From an uncultured Gemmatimonadales bacterium (GTDB taxonomy: Bacteria > Gemmatimonadota > Gemmatimonadetes > Gemmatimonadales > GWC2-71-9): 64,000 bases of DNA. Made by a program: the position numbers and the translations under genes. Position 1 is the stretch's first letter, and every line of letters begins with the position of its first letter. The notes beneath the pieces are model-generated. The model ran no database searches, had not been told where the DNA came from, and saw only the letters and a program-made list of their open reading frames with translations. The stretch spans positions 480,001-544,000 of the forward strand of contig CAVSQW010000007.1 of the NCBI GenBank assembly GCA_963730185.1, written 5' to 3'. Below, piece by piece: positions 63,112 through 64,000 of the stretch.

Positions 63112-64000
63112 ATGTCGGAGCTCAAGAAATCGCTGGGCGGCGTCCAATTCTTCACCATCGGGTTCGGCGCCATCGTCGGGGTGGGCTGGATCGTCTACAT
63201 GGGCCTCTGGTACGAGCAGGCCGGCCCGGTCGGCACGATGATCGCGTTTCTGGCCGGCGGGCTCCTCATGGCCTTGATCGCCCTCTGCTACGCCGAGCTT
63301 GCGACGATGTATCCGGTCGCAGGCGCCGAAGCGGCCTACGCCTACGGCGCTTTCGGTGGGGCGGTGGCCTTCGTGGTCGGCTGGGCCCTAGTGCTGATGC
63401 TCATCGCGGTCATTCCCTACGTGTCGGTCTCGCTTGCCTGGATCCTCGACGTCCTGATCCCTGGGATGGCCGGCCCCGTTCTCTATACCTGGCGGGGTCA
63501 GCCGGTCCGGGCCACCAGCCTCGCCATCGCCGTGTTCTGGACCCTCTGGCTCGGGGTGGTGAACTACCGGGGCATCAAGGGCGCTTCCCGATTTCAGGAT
63601 CTGTTGACCTTCGGCAAGATTGCCGTGTCGCTGCTCTTCTTCGCGGCTGGAATCTTCGGCGGACGGGTCGAGCACCTCGAGCCGATCTTTCCGCGGCCCC
63701 TCGGGGCGGGCGCGCTCGGCGGGATCGTGGCCGTGCTGAGCACCACGCCTTGGTTCTTCGGCGGCTTCAACCAGATTCCCCAGGTGCTGGAGGAGAAGTC
63801 GAGCGGGACCTCGGTCCGGTCGGTCGGGCTCATCGTGGTGCTGTCGGTCCTGGCGGCCGCCGTCTACTATGCCTTGGCCGCGCTCTCGGCCGGGATGGCG
63901 GCGCCGTGGCCCTCGATCGCCCGCCAGGAGCTGCCCGTCGCCGCGGCCTTCCGGGCCGCGTTCGGCTCGGAGCTGTTGGCCCGGGCGGTGCTGGTCGCTG
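63112..64000 (+). CDS. APC family amino acid permease (runs off the window end)
   Basis: MSELKKSLG..GFGAIVGVGW..AGP..CYAELATMYPVAG..FFGGF; absent from the ORF track because it has no stop. Confidence 0.9.
   Translation, partial: MSELKKSLGGVQFFTIGFGAIVGVGWIVYMGLWYEQAGPVGTMIAFLAGGLLMALIALCYAELATMYPVAGAEAAYAYGAFGGAVAFVVGWALVLMLIAVIPYVSVSLAWILDVLIPGMAGPVLYTWRGQPVRATSLAIAVFWTLWLGVVNYRGIKGASRFQDLLTFGKIAVSLLFFAAGIFGGRVEHLEPIFPRPLGAGALGGIVAVLSTTPWFFGGFNQIPQVLEEKSSGTSVRSVGLIVVLSVLAAAVYYALAALSAGMAAPWPSIARQELPVAAAFRAAFGSELLARAVLVA

Overview
High-GC (roughly 70%) bacterial chromosome segment. The gene content (SusC/SusD pair, BTAD-TPR regulator, many secreted serine hydrolases) suggests Gemmatimonadota, by inference only. 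It holds about 55 CDS: a peptide/D-amino-acid hydrolase region with SusCD, DUF1015-serA-serC, SufE and two rhodaneses, icd, an ECF sigma/anti-sigma pair, galE, ggt and a partial APC permease. There are five tRNAs and several G-rich/C-rich intergenic repeats. No integrase, transposase, CRISPR array or rRNA was seen. Two candidate uncharacterised signalling systems stand out. (1) A ZU5-like lipoprotein ends in HF|SRYAVAW, a PIDD1/Nup98-type autoproteolysis motif, and is tightly coupled to a TPR-HD-GYP phosphodiesterase and a second TPR protein (8095-11284). (2) A CPPYC-terminal small protein, a 7TM protein, a sensor-less HisKA_3 kinase and a NarL regulator form a module with two promoters of identical tandem-box geometry (41977-45228). 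Three frameshifts break otherwise intact genes and are probably assembly errors. All functional calls come from motif recognition; no database searches were run.
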